A stretch of DNA of 63,836 nucleotides, filler included, from Octopus bimaculoides (taxonomy: Eukaryota): the NCBI RefSeq assembly GCF_001194135.2. It is 6 parts of 5 records of this genome, joined end to end, with 100 filler letters (N's around TTAATTAATTAA, not from the genome) between each part and the next. Parts side by side here need not be neighbours in the genome. Positions count along the whole stretch, not along the records: positions 23,269 to 33,611 come from NC_068996.1; positions 33,712 to 48,651 come from NC_068990.1; 4 more parts are not named here. One strand, given 5' to 3'. Of this stretch, positions 25,024 through 38,435 are shown piece after piece. Positions within the stretch are counted from its first letter, which is position 1, and each line of letters begins with the position of its first letter. Both the position numbers and the translations under genes were made by a program. Under the pieces are notes generated by a model that saw only the letters and a list, made by a program, of their open reading frames with translations, was not told where the DNA came from and did not search any database.

Positions 25024-25878
25024 CACGTACACGCGCATACATGCACGCACAGATACACACACACATGTTCATGCAAGAAACAATAGCAAAATTCCTACCA
25101 AAGTACGTCAGTAAGAAGAGCGCATTGTTGACTGTGATAAAGGTCTGTATGTAAAAGCATTTCAAACCATAACTCTACCAGGTGGGGCACATATGGGGCT
25201 AAAGAACGAAATACTTACATATACAAGAATATTTTTATATGTCCATGCCAAAGAAATAATTGATGGTTAGGGATATCTTAATCTTCAGACATTCTTCTTG
25301 TAGGAGGTAGCACATTGATCTGTCAATTATATTAAGAAGATTTCTATTGTTCTCATTTTATGAGTTTAAGCATACATATAGGTAAGGAATGATGTTATAG
25401 TAAAATGAGGCTCAAAGAGAAAATAGCTCTTTTTAAAACTAAAAAGAAAACGAAATATATAAAACAATGTTGCAAAATATATCATCATTTCTAATAGATA
25501 TTTTACTTAGAATCTTGCAAAAACTAAAAAGAAAAAGTTTAAATATTACATTTTAAATTAAAACAAAGCAAAATATGTTTTCAAACAGTTCGGCACATTT
25601 TCACAACAGATAGACAGAGGGCATTTCAAACAATATACATACGATTAAAACATCAGAAAAACAATATACTATAGTTTCCTTTTCTTTTCTTTTTTTTTTT
25701 TTTGTTTTTGTCAGCAGAGAAATTGAATATAACGTAGTAACACAGAGAAAAGGAAAATCTTGAAATTGTTTCGCTAATGACCAGAATTTTTTTTTAAATG
25801 GAGAAAATGATTCTGAAAATATCTATTGATCACATACTCCCTGTTTGTTTCTTGGGATTATGTAGATAATTCTGTTAC

Positions 25879-25953
25879 CTTGGTCATGCGGTTTTGCAGC
25901 CTTCAAACTTTTGCGCGGTTTGGCGTTTGTCAGGCAACTGTCGACAGCACTTG
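25879..25953 (-). CDS. Candidate internal exon (75 nt, phase 1-1)
   Basis: Donor CAAG|GTAACA, with tandem acceptors at 25959 and 25953. Only the second acceptor gives an open frame (SAVDSCLTNAKPRKSLKAAKPHDQ). The segment is a GC-rich island. Confidence 0.3.
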
Positions 25954-26834
25954 CTCAAGCTGCAAATAACATTGAAATAGCTACATACTAATGAATTACT
26001 ATAGATACCTATCAAGCATGGGAATACGTGGGTTGTGTAAGACATAATATAATAGTCAGAGAATTTTGTAAGGAGTGTTTTGTTAAAAAGAAAGAGCAAC
26101 TAGGAAGATATTAACGAACGGCTCACCCATACCTACCCCCGGCAAGGAATGAAATGAACAGGAAATTTTCTGGGATATAGGTTGCCTGTTTGTTTAGTTT
26201 TGTCGTTTGACTATCCCACATTCTTATTAATTCTGCTTGTAAAGAACATATAGCCTTGTCCAAAATCAACTACTCAGACAAGTCAATAAATAAAGAGCAA
26301 AAGTTCCAACAGGTTTGACAGGCCGTGCGCCATACGTTACATCAAGTTTAATTCATTGTGGGCAGAACCTGTTACCACCTACACGTCTCATTACTTCGAA
26401 GTTGTTTTTTCTTCTCTCACTCGTTTCTCAAATCTGCCAATACGTGTCACTGTGGAAGTAATATAACATTCTAAACACGAAGAGTTATCAACTTTTTGCC
26501 AAGTGTGGTTATTAATGAGTCTCCTCTTTCCTTTCTCTCTCCCCTCCCTCTCCCTTCTCCCTATCTGTCTCTCTCTCTCTCTCTCTCTCTNNNNNNNNNN
26601 NNNNNNNNNNNNNNNNNNNNNNNNNNNNNNNNNNNNNNNNNNNNNNNNNNNNNNNNNNNNNNNNNNNNNNNNNNNNNNNNNNNNNNNNNNNNNNNNNNNN
26701 NNNNNNNNNNNNNNNNNNNNNNNNNNNNNNNNNNNNNNNNNNNNNNNNNNNNNNNNNNNNNNNNNNNNNNNNNNNNNNNNNNNNNNNNNNNNNNNNNNNN
26801 NNNNNNNNNNNNNNNNNNNNNNNNNNNNNNNNNN

Positions 26835-26899
<65 letters not shown>

Positions 26900-27361
26900 T
26901 AGCAGAGAAACCAAGCCTTGCTCGGGATTAAAATATCATAGTTTTTTATTGTTTTACTTGTTTCAGTATTATAACTCGATTTCATTCGGGTCTACTCGGG
27001 CCATATTCTAAAGATGAGGAATTCCAAAAAAAGAAAAAAAAGAAAATTTTATTAAAAATTGGTAACGAAAAACAGCATGCCAAATGTTTAAACAGTCTTT
27101 CAGAAGCGACTGGAGAAACCTTGCAGATGCAGATGTGAAGGGCAAAGAATGAGGGGAAAATGCTGGAAAAAAAACAAAACACCAATCAGGTCTCTGCACA
27201 AAACTGAAATAGTATAATACGACTGCAATTATAGTGTTTTGGATACAATATGTAGTCACACCCAACCTAATTTTGATGAATCAGTGTCGCGACGTGAACC
27301 CATGGATTGGGAGTTTGACTGGCAGATGTGGTCATGTTGCAGAGGTGGCCAGCTAGGTGAA

Positions 27362-27479
27362 GAAGGTGGATGCAGTTGGTCTAAAAAATTGATAAAATGA
27401 CAATGACTCCAGCGACATGAAAAAGGTGGATGCAGTTGGGCTAAAAGATTGAGAAAGTTACAATAACTCCAGCGACGGG
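27362..27479. repeat. 60-bp tandem duplication
   Basis: AAGGTGGATGCAGTTGG(T/G)CTAAAA...ACTCCAGCGAC occurs twice. Confidence 0.85.
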
Positions 27480-30229
27480 AGAGTAATGGCGGTAGGTTCA
27501 AAAGTGTTATTGCAGGGCTTCTTTGTAGACAATGTTCCTGGTGTTGCCCAGATTACCACAAATGAAGATATTGTGTGGACTGCCGACACGGGAGCATCCG
27601 ACCTGCTGTGCCAAATTTAAGCAACTACTTGCAACGACTCTCACTGTGCCCTGTTGATGCTCATTGCAAAGCATACTTTTACAGGAAATTGCCGTCGCAT
27701 AAATTCAAATGGCACAGCAGAGGGACTTAGGCTCATAGGGCTTAATAACTTTGTCATGCTCAGAATGGTTGTTATCAGAATTAAGGTCCAATATTTTTGA
27801 TGATCAGACGCGTACCGTTGCATAGTNNNNNNNNNNNNNNNNNNNNNNNNNNNNNNNNNNNNNNNNNNNNNNNNNNNNNNNNNNNNNNNNNNNNNNNNNN
27901 NNNNNNNNNNNNNNNNNNNNNNNNNNNNNNNNNNNNNNNNNNNNNNNNNNNNNNNNNNNNNNNNNNNNNNNNNNNNNNNNNNNNNNNNNNNNNNNNNNNN
28001 NNNNNNNNNNNNNNNNNNNNNNNNNNNNNNNNNNNNNNNNNNNNNNNNNNNNNNNNNNNNNNNNNNNNNNNNNNNNNNNNNNNNNNNNNNNNNNNNNNNN
28101 NNNNNNNNNNNNNNNNNNNNNNNNNNNNNNNNNNNNNNNNNNNNNNNNNNNNNNNNNNNNNNNNNNNNNNNNNNNNNNNNNNNNNNNNNNNNNNNNNNNN
28201 NNNNNNNNNNNNNNNNNNNNNNNNNNNNNNNNNNNNNNNNNNNNNNNNNNNNNNNNNNNNNNNNNNNNNNNNNNNNNNNNNNNNNNNNNNNNNNNNNNNN
28301 NNNNNNNNNNNNNNNNNNNNNNNNNNNNNNNNNNNNNNNNAGAGGAATTAATCTCTCTTCGTTCCTTTGCGTCACATGGGCTCAACTTACCTCATCTCTT
28401 CATCTGACACCAACCTCACCTCTTATCTTCTTTTGACGCCAACCCCACACGGATTCCGACTCACCTCCCACATTCACTGCCTCCTCCACCTACTCACCTG
28501 CATATTCTCACCTACATGCACCACTATACACAGTATTCAACTCATACACACCATTCAGCTCATCACTCACTTCAAACACCATTACACACACACCCACATC
28601 TTCTCATCCACACACACTTCTCAGCACCCAAACCAAAAACCATCATCCACACACCCAAACACAATCTTCAATAGCGTCACCACACATACCATTATATGAG
28701 CAACCGCACACACTCTTTAACTCAGTAGACACACCACACACCATCATGCACACACCCACACCCACACAATACCTAAACACAGACAATATATAGAAACACA
28801 CGCAACACGCATAATCACCTGCAACACACATTGACAAAGATAACTTTCGCCCACATGCATACACTATACACATGCACACTGTTTGGTCACAGAGGCACAC
28901 GCACATACACATGTGCACACACCACGTGAAAAAGCACATATCAACTGCTACACAAACACACACACAAACACGCACACATACACAAACACGTTACACACGC
29001 ACACAAACGTCAAATTCACGCGCCCCCATTCACACATACACACCGTTCTCACATACACACACGCGCTTACGCACCTTAGCTTGTTGGGATCACGATTATT
29101 ATCTCCCTTTCATTCAACCTCTTTTTTCAATCATTCACCATGCTGGACCACTGAACTTTACACGTTTTTTTTTCATTCTCTCTCTCTCTATTTATTCCCT
29201 CTTATTCCTTTCTGTCGAAACGTAAAAATCTTTTCCCTTTTTTCCCGAGCATCAAGCTAATACACTTGTTTGTTGTTCCTACACCTGTCTGCATCTTTTT
29301 TCTCTAAATTTGAGCTATATATATATATATATATNNNNNNNNNNNNNNNNNNNNNNNNNNNNNNNNNNNNNNNNNNNNNNNNNNNNNNNNNNNNNNNNNN
29401 NNNNNNNNNNNNNNNNNNNNNNNNNNNNNNNNNNNNNNNNNNNNNNNNNNNNNNNNNNNNNNNNNNNNNNNNNNNNNNNNNNNNNNNNNNNNNNNNNNNN
29501 NNNNNNNNNNNNNNNNNNNNNNNNNNNNNNNNNNNNNNNNNNNNNNNNNNNNNNNNNNNNNNNNNNNNNNNNNNNNNNNNNNNNNNNNNNNNNNNNNNNN
29601 NNNNNNNNNNNNNNNNNNNNNNNNNNNNNNNNNNNNNNNNNNNNNNNNNNNNNNNNNNNNNNNNNNNNNNNNNNNNNNNNNNNNNNNNNNNNNNNNNNNN
29701 NNNNNNNNNNNNNNNNNNNNNNNNNNNNNNNNNNNNNNNNNNNNNNNNNNNNNNNNNNNNNNNNNNNNNNNNNNNNNNNNNNNNNNNNNNNNNNNNNNNN
29801 NNNNNNNNNNNNNNNNNNNNNNNNNNNNNNNNNNNNNNNNNNNNNNNNNNNNNNNNNNNNNNNNNNNNNNNNNNNNNNNNNNNNNNNNNNNNNNNNNNNN
29901 NNNNNNNNNNNNNNNNNNNNNNNNNNNNNNNNNNNNNNNNNNNNNNNNNNNNNNNNNNNNNNNNNNNNNNNNNNNNNNNNNNNNNNNNNNNNNNNNNNNN
30001 NNNNNNNNNNNNNNNNNNNNNNNNNNNNNNNNNNNNNNNNNNNNNNNNNNNNNNNNNNNNNNNNNNNNNNNNNNNNNNNNNNNNNNNNNNNNNNNNNNNN
30101 NNNNNNNNNNNNNNNNNNNNNNNNNNNNNNNNNNTGGAGAGTGAGTGATGTGCGTATTCTTTACCTCCGCCCATAAATACATATGCATACATCTTTTTAT
30201 GCGTAACAGAGAGAGACAGAGACAGAGAC

Positions 30230-30280
<51 letters not shown>

Positions 30281-31864
30281 TAGACAGACAGACAGACAGA
30301 GAAACAGACAATGACTGTATTTCCTCATGACATATAGAGAATGCAATTTTTTTAGCTGTGGCTTATTTTAATACAGTATATATGTGTACATTTTCATAAA
30401 TGTTTTTCCGAGTAGAAATCTACGCATGTGTGAAACATCGGACGAAAGTGAAACATTAGAAAGCAAATTGAAATATTGTCCGAAAATGACGTCAAAATTG
30501 TGCTACTCGCGTAGTTGTAAAACAGAGTTGTTGAGTGAAAAACAGTTTATTTAGTATATAGATAATAAGCAGCAGCTATGTTTCGTTATAATTAAAGATT
30601 GTCGCAGGCTGTTTTGTTACAACTCTCAAAGTTGTCAACGAACTGTCATCCGGATCAGCTGTTTTATTCGTTAATTTCCATAATTTTTTTTTTTTATTTA
30701 CTTTTGTTTTAAAATGAAAGAGAGAAGAAAGTGAAAAATGTATGAACATATATATGAAATGGACGTGTGTGTGTGTGAGAGAGAGTGGGAAAGAGTGAGT
30801 GAGTGCCACTTACACATACATGAAAACACACACGTTCACTCACTCTCTCTCTCTCACACACACGCACATGTACATATAAAAAAGATGTATGCATATGTAT
30901 CGATGTATGTATGTATACATGACAACACACTCCTTCAATCATCCTCTTTCTCTCTCTATCTTTCTTTCTTCCACTCTCTCTTCTTCTTCTTCTTCTTCTC
31001 TCGCTCTCTTCCTCTCACTCTTTCTCTCTCTCTCTAACACACATACACGTCCATTTCTCCTCTCTTTCACTTTAAAACAAAAGTAAATAAATAAAAAAAA
31101 ATTTGTGGAAATTAACGAACGCAGATGACAATACAGATGTGACTAGCTTGGAGAAACATTACTTTCATTATTCACACATCGTCAGTCTCGTAATCGAACT
31201 CTGTAATTTTGGTTGAAATTGAAAGTGTGTAACTATTTTCACTTTCTAATGACACTTAGTCGTTGTAACTTTTAATATCAGCGCGTTTATTGTTTGGAAG
31301 TCACATTCATATACGAAGACACACACACAGACATACATTAATGCACGCCTCGAACCTATCTCNNNNNNNNNNNNNNNNNNNNNNNNNNNNNNNNNNNNNN
31401 NNNNNNNNNNNNNNNNNNNNNNNNNNNNNNNNNNNNNNNNNNNNNNNNNNNNNNNNNNNNNNNNNNNNNNNNNNNNNNNNNNNNNNNNNNNNNNNNNNNN
31501 NNNNNNNNNNNNNNNNNNNNNNNNNNNNNNNNNNNNNNNNNNNNNNNNNNNNNNNNNNNNNNNNNNNNNNNNNNNNNNNNNNNNNNNNNNNNNNNNNNNN
31601 NNNNNNNNNNNNNNNNNNNNNNNNNNNNNNNNNNNNNNNNNNNNNNNNNNNNNNNNNNNNNNNNNNNNNNNNNNNNNNNNNNNNNNNNNNNNNNNNNNNN
31701 NNNNNNNNNNNNNNNNNNNNNNNNNNNNNNNNNNNNNNNNNNNNNNNNNNNNNNNNNNNNNNNNNNNNNNNNNNNNNNNNNNNNNNNNNNNNNNNNNNNN
31801 NNNNNNNNNNNNNNNNNNNNNNNNNNNNNNNNNNNNNNNNNNNGATTATATTATATTTTATTTT

Positions 31865-32040
31865 ATTCTTTTATTCTTTTACATGTTTCAGTCATTTGAT
31901 TGCCGCCATGCTGGAGCACCGCCTTTAGTCGAATAGATCGACCCCAAGACTTATCTTTTGCAAGCTTAGTACTTATTCTATCGATCTAGGTTATGGGGAT
32001 GTAAACACACCAACATCGGTTTCAAACGCCGGTGGAGGAC
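31865..32040 (-). mobile_element. SINE family B 3' module
   Basis: CAGTCATTTGATTGCCGCCATGCTGGAGCACCGCC. Confidence 0.8.
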
Positions 32041-33480
32041 GAGGTTTATTCTCGTTTATGCGAATTCGGTGATGGGATACTTAGAACAAAAACTCTACCA
32101 GGAAATAGAGGAGAGATACAGCACTGAATTTAGGAAGTATATTGAAAAAGGATGGAAGAGATACCTCGACGATTGCTTTATAATCTGGACAAAATCTCAA
32201 ACACTGTGGAAGAATTCAACATCCTCCTCAACAACCTACACCCATCCACCCAATTTACAAAGGAGATGAGCAGTACCAAATTACCATTTCTAGATATAAT
32301 CGTAGTTAAAAAGAACACCGCCATTACCACAGATATATATTATAAACACACAGATACACACCAATACCTGAATTTTAAATCGTGCAATCCACCGCATACA
32401 AAATGTAACATCCCATACTGCTTAGTCAGAAGAATCTGTACCATTGTAGAGGATCTAAAGACAAGAAATCAGCGCCTGATGGAACTGAAAGAATTTCTGC
32501 TCAAACAAAAAAAACTACTTATAGAAAATGGTATTCAGCGGGCTTCGAAAATACCCATACAACACCGCAAAGAAGAGAAAAACAAGAGCAAATCATACCA
32601 TTTATAGTGACACACAATCCATGCCATCATAATATCTTCAATATTGCTAAAGCAAACCTACCAATCATTGCATAAAGTAAGGAATTGAGAAATATCATTA
32701 CAGATCAAAATATAACTCTGAGTAAGAGACAACCTAAAAGTTTGAAAAAATTATTAACAAAGGCAAGGTTTGACCTTAGCAACAAAAATCAAACATCCAC
32801 TGTGTCTAAATGCAATGATAGCCGATGCGGTACAGGCCAATTAATTCATACCGGCCCATATATGAACACAAAAACAAGGAAAATATTCACAAACGTGAAC
32901 ATGAACTGCAAAAGTAGAAATCTAATCTACTGCATCAAATGTCCAACTTGTGAAGAACTGTACGTTGGCCAGACAGGTAATGCACTATCAGAATGCTCGA
33001 GTGTGCATCGACAACAAATTAAAAATCCAGAGGTCCGCCAAATACCACTGAGTAACCATCTGGCAACATGTGGTCGAAAAACTTTTATATTTCCATTTCA
33101 TAAGCTTTACAACCTGAATGAAATTGAGAGAAAACTGAGAGAAAATGACTTTATTAAGAAATTCAAACCCAAGCTTAACAAACAATGATTAAATTAATCT
33201 TATTTGGGGTGTGAAAATCTTATCCCTTTAACTAAAACACAAAACATCTCTAAAAAGTACTGCTGTCATCATTTCTAAAAATATACAATGAAAAATGGTT
33301 TGGCATCATCTCTAAAAATAGCCAAACAACTACTACTGCTGTCCACCGGAATGTATATAAAAGACAAAAGACAGCCAGTCAACTACATTTGAAACATTTC
33401 TGTCACATAGGACCTTGAAGATGCTAGAAAGCAGGAAAGTATACTAGTCCTTTAATATTCAATATTTCATTTATTCAATA
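32041..33480 (+). mobile_element. 5'-truncated Penelope-like retroelement (RT C-terminus + GIY-YIG endonuclease)
   Basis: WKRYLDDCF, LPFLDI, YYKHTDTHQYL and NLIYCIKCPTCEELYVGQT, with several frameshifts. A 3' terminal region with a hammerhead-like relic follows. Confidence 0.92.
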
Positions 33481-33711
33481 AGACATTCGATACTTCATTT
33501 CATTTTACTATATATACTATATATTTCATATTCTATATCCTACATTAATTTAATAAGAATACAAATAAAACATAAAAAAACAGACAGAGTTGGAATTCTT
33601 TTGAATTATATNNNNNNNNNNNNNNNNNNNNNNNNNNNNNNNNNNNNNNNNNNNNTTAATTAATTAANNNNNNNNNNNNNNNNNNNNNNNNNNNNNNNNN
33701 NNNNNNNNNNN

Positions 33712-33778
<67 letters not shown>
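33712..33778. repeat. (CA)n microsatellite
   Basis: Directly visible. Confidence 0.95.
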
Positions 33779-33781
<3 letters not shown>

Positions 33782-33783
33782 CA

Positions 33784-34713
33784 CACAGAGGCATGACAGA
33801 AGTAAATAGACACACCATAAAACATTGTTTTATGTTTATTCTAACTTGAAAGGTTTAGATTTTTTATTAATTGACATTTTTATGTTTCTGGTTCTATATG
33901 TGACTGTTTAACCCATTACATACCAGTGATCTCATATGAGATCACTTAAAAATTACAAATTGCGTAATTATCTGTCAATATTTACACATATCTAACCTTT
34001 TTGCTATATCTACTAGGTATATTTCTCTGATATTCAAGTGAGGTTTGCTAATTTTTCACCCAATATCTCACTTATTTCTTTTTGAAATGTTATTTTGATC
34101 ATTCCTGCGTGTTTCTAAGGTTGTTTTATGCTAGAAATCAAAGTTTCATTAAAAAATTCCAGTTAATAGAATTATGGGAGGTAATGGGTTAATCATACCA
34201 TGTACAAAAGAAGCCTTGGAACTGTCTGAATTTCAAACAGGCTGAATTGTGAGTCATTCTGAAGGTGGATATAGTCAGTGTAAAAGATTGGGCCAGTGAG
34301 ATGATGGAGAAGCCACTAGCATTTTGGGACACTGTCATATTCTCTGATGAGTCCAGATTTGCTGTATTTCCTGACAGTGGTCGAGTGTGGGTCTGGAGAT
34401 TCTGTGATCAAGAATTTAATGTTAAAAAGATTGTAGCTGACAATGAAACACAGCAACTATTCTGTGATGGTCTGGGGAGCAATTTGGCGCAATGGTCAAT
34501 GAGAGCTGGTGGAGTGTGAGGGAAAAATAAACTCAGATAAATATGTGTCCATATAGCAGAAAGGACTCCTTCCAATCTTCTCCAGTGAAAAATGCAAAGG
34601 GCATGTCTGTATTTACAATATAACAATTAATAAATAATTTGAATGACTAATTTCTGATTAAATAAATTTTCATGATTATGAGTGTGTCTATTTGCTTCTG
34701 TCATGTCTGTGTA
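33784..34713 (+). mobile_element. Internally deleted Tc1-like element
   Basis: Inverted termini CACAG..CATGACAGAAG(T/C)AAATAGACACAC; transposase relic FWDTVIFSDESRFAVFPDSGRVWVWR. Confidence 0.85.
33908..34192. mobile_element. piggyBac-like MITE nested in the Tc1 element
   Basis: TTAA-CCCATTAC ... GTAATGGG-TTAA. Confidence 0.6.
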
Positions 34714-34717
34714 TATA

Positions 34718-35613
34718 TACAGGGTGTGGTGAATTAACTGTCATCTAAATTACACAAAAATGAAAACAACACTGACATCTCATTTTTAACATTCACCAAA
34801 ATTACATAAAAATATCTTGAAATAATAAAGAGTAAATTTATTCAATAAAACCTACCCTTTGGCTTCAACCATGGCCTCCAAACGACTTTGGAATCTCCTG
34901 CAAATCATCTGGACAGTCTCCTTGTTTAAGTTTATGAATGCTGCCATTATCTTTGCCTTTAGTTCATCTTTGGTGTTACAAGTTTTGTTGGTCTCTCACT
35001 CAACCATGCAGCACACATAATAATCAAGGGGGTTGCAGTCTGAGGAGTTAGGTGGCCAGATATTAGGGTTAATGTGGTTGCAGAAATTGTCTGACGGCCA
35101 TCACTGGGTACTCCTGCTTGTGTGGCATGGTGCAGGGTCCTGTTGTCAGACATAGGGTCTTCCAGCAGCCACTTTGTTGACTAAGGGCAGCACTACCTCT
35201 TCCAGGCACTTGATGTAGGCTTCTGTGTTGAGTCTGATGCTGTGTGGGAAGATGAATGGAAGCATAATGTTACCATCACTAATGGTGACTCCAAACACCA
35301 TGATGTTGACTGGATGTTTGATTTTTATCATTCCCGGTACATGTTTTGAGGAAATGGCAAATACACAGATTGACACCCACTCAGAAATATTTGTATTGGT
35401 GCTTCTGACGTGAATGCTAAGCAGTACAGCATGTTTCCAAATTTCTAGCAGAGTGAATTGCGTCATGGTGAATTGCGTCATGGTGAATTGCGTCATTCTT
35501 ACAGACGGTGCCCTGCTGACCCTTCTATACTGTGTAGTTGACAAAATCAAAAGCATGTGCATGTGCTAAATTAAAAGTATAAAATGGCAACAGTTTACCC
35601 ATTGTACCCTGTA
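34718..35613 (-). mobile_element. Internally deleted DD37D (maT-like) element, copy 2
   Basis: Homologous to 14208-15059 over its whole length, including the deletion junction. QQDPAPC retains the catalytic D. A 15-bp unit containing the start codon is triplicated (MTQFT x3). Confidence 0.85.
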
Positions 35614-35929
35614 TATACATATATTTATATACATATAAACACCTACAATTTTTCCTTTCCTTATAGTTCATTTATTGTTTTTGGAAATGCTGAATATGTA
35701 TTTTTATATAGATTCTTTGCTTAGAATATACCAGTGGACTTGGATGTTTGACATCCCTTTGAAGGATTTCGGTCCTCACCTCTTTTATATATATATATAT
35801 ATATATATATGCCATCTTATCTCTCTTGATCTCTCCCTCGCACTCTCTCTCCCTCGCTATCTCTCTTTCCCTCTCTTTCTCCCCAACCATGGTGGTAGCC
35901 ATGTGTCTCCTATATTGCAAACCCCTTAT

Positions 35930-35979
35930 TTCTATCCCTCTAACTTCTGTCCCTCTAACTTCTGTCCCTCTAACTTCTT
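35930..35979. repeat. 15-bp tandem repeat x3
   Basis: TCCCTCTAACTTCT(G) units. Confidence 0.85.
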
Positions 35980-36024
35980 ATCACCTGGCACACAAAACCA
36001 TCTCCTTCTATACTACACTCCCTA

Positions 36025-36260
36025 CCTGAATTGAGGTGTCTTGTGTTGCAAGTTACTTGGTGACCTCACTGCTGGTGGTGCCACATAAAAAGCCCCCAGT
36101 GCCACTCTGTAAAGTGGTTGGTTTCGGGATAGGTATCCAGCTGTAGAAACCATGCTACAACAACAGTAAAGCTTGGCACAGTGTTCTGACTTACAAATAC
36201 CTGTTGAACTGTCCAGTACAAACCAGCATGGAAAATAGACGTTAAATAACGAAGATGATA
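36025..36260 (+). mobile_element. Family E SINE/LINE-3'-like repeat with (GAT)n tail
   Basis: GGTATCCAGCTGTAGAAACC...CCAGCATGGAAAATAGACGTTAAATAACGAAGATGAT, homologous to 56305-56460 and 61115-61720. Confidence 0.7.
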
Positions 36261-36335
36261 TATACACATGTATATTTGTACATACATATACATACACACA
36301 CACATACATACATACATTCATGCATGCAAACTATA

Positions 36336-36405
<70 letters not shown>

Positions 36406-37987
36406 TACATACACACACATACATACACACCTATCTATATCATTCTAGTTATATGCCAACCTGTCTCTCCCTCTTTCCATCCCTCACCCTCTCTCTCTCC
36501 AGATATATATGTATATATACATACATACATGCATATATATATATATGCAAGTATATATATGCACACACACACACGCACACACGCACACACGCACACACAC
36601 ACTCACACATATATACATATAGATAGATAGATACGTAAGTAGACAGATAGAGAGATAGAAAGATAGATAGATAGCATCTTGTCTTTGGTGAACCTTTCCA
36701 ACTTAGGCCAACATACAAATGTAGATATTAAAATGTTGATTTGTTTTATTGTTGTCGTTTAGCCTGAGGAGAACTTTTCTCAAGCAGACAGATTATTGAA
36801 GCTTTCTAGTCATGACTATTCTACCTCTTTCTCTCAGGCACTATCTCCAGAACTTCATTACACTGGATATCTTTTTTTTTTTTTAAAGATGTGAAATTGT
36901 GGTCTGAGGGTAATTAATTCACTATTTCTTGATGGTTGTGCTACCACATGGAGATAATGATGATGATGCTGATGACGATGATGACGATGATGCTGATGAT
37001 GCAGATGATGATGATGATGATGACAACGGCGTCTATGACGATGATGACAGTGATGATGATGATAGCAATTGTTATATTCTTGTGATAGTTTCAGAATCAT
37101 ATCTTTCTACTGAAACAGATCTTCAATGATTATATACACTTACTTCACATTCATGGGGCACAGAGAAATGTATCAACTTCAATGGGACATCTACCAAACA
37201 ATCAATCAATGACCTGATAATTTATTTCACAAAACTGGGATCAATAGACCCCAGTGGCTTGATTTTTATACCCTTATATATATTTAATCTTATAACAACA
37301 GAAAAATGCTAACATGGGCATCATTCACTACCGACATATTTAAGCCTCCTGCTTCTCATAGATCACAAGGTCATCAATGACTTTTCTTCACTGTTCTTGA
37401 CTTTGAGTTGTCTTATCTACATCTCTCCCGTTCAATCCTTGTTGCTTGTAACTTTTGTTTAGATTTTGCTATGCCATGTCATATGTTTTCCTGATGGAAG
37501 GCTTTACTCTTTTAGGTCTTGTTCATTTTCAGTTGTCATTGATGCTTCTGTAATTTTGTTTTTCTTCTAGGTAGGGGTGTCAGCCCTTTGCAAACTCCTT
37601 TTTTACCTCATGGAAAAGGGAGTCCAAATTAGTCTCATCACTAAATTTTGACCAATTCAATGTTGGAGGGTCTACCATGAGCTTAAGCTAAACTGGTATT
37701 GCTTTCAGTGCCATTGAGGTGCACAAGCCAGTACACCACAACAAAGATTGAACCTTGTCATGGAATATGACTCATGGTTGGATGTAATCTTAGATCAGCA
37801 GCTCAGTAATTCAGCTGTTTATTATATGTGGTTCACAATGAGCAAAGATGACCTAAAATGGCTGGGGATAGGAACGTCATCCTGTTGTCAAAACCATGCA
37901 ATAAATGGAAACATACATGCAAGATGTGAACTTCAGAAGCTACAGTATGGACATGACATGTGCATGTGTGTGTGTATGTGTATATAT

Positions 37988-38400
37988 ACAGGTGCAAGAG
38001 TGGCTGTGTGGTAAGTAACTTGCTTTCCAACCACATGGTTCCGGGTTCAGTCACACTGCGTGGCACCTTGGGCAAGTGTCTTCTACTATAGCCTCAGGCT
38101 GACCAAAGCCTTGTGAGTGGATTTGGTAGACGGAAACTGAAAGAAGCCCATCGTATATATGTATATATATATATGTATGTGTGTGTGTATGCTTGTGTGT
38201 CTGTGCTTGTCCCTCCAACATCGCTTGTTAACCAATGCTGGAGTGTTTATGTCCTCATAACTTAGCAGTTTGGCAAAAATAGACCGATAGAATAAGTACT
38301 AGGCTTACAAAGAATAAGTCCTGGTGTCGAATTGCTCAACTAAAGGCAGTGCTCCAGCATGGCCATAGTCAAATGACTGAAACAAGTAAAAAGAAAGAAA
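37988..38400 (+). mobile_element. SINE family B, full length
   Basis: Head, microsatellite spacer and 3' module are all present. Confidence 0.88.
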
Positions 38401-38435
38401 GAATGTATATATATATATACGTATATGTATATATA

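Noticed and set aside
28341-29080. H/T-rich 110-aa ORF
   Set aside because: Degenerate CA-rich low-complexity DNA grading into (CA)n.
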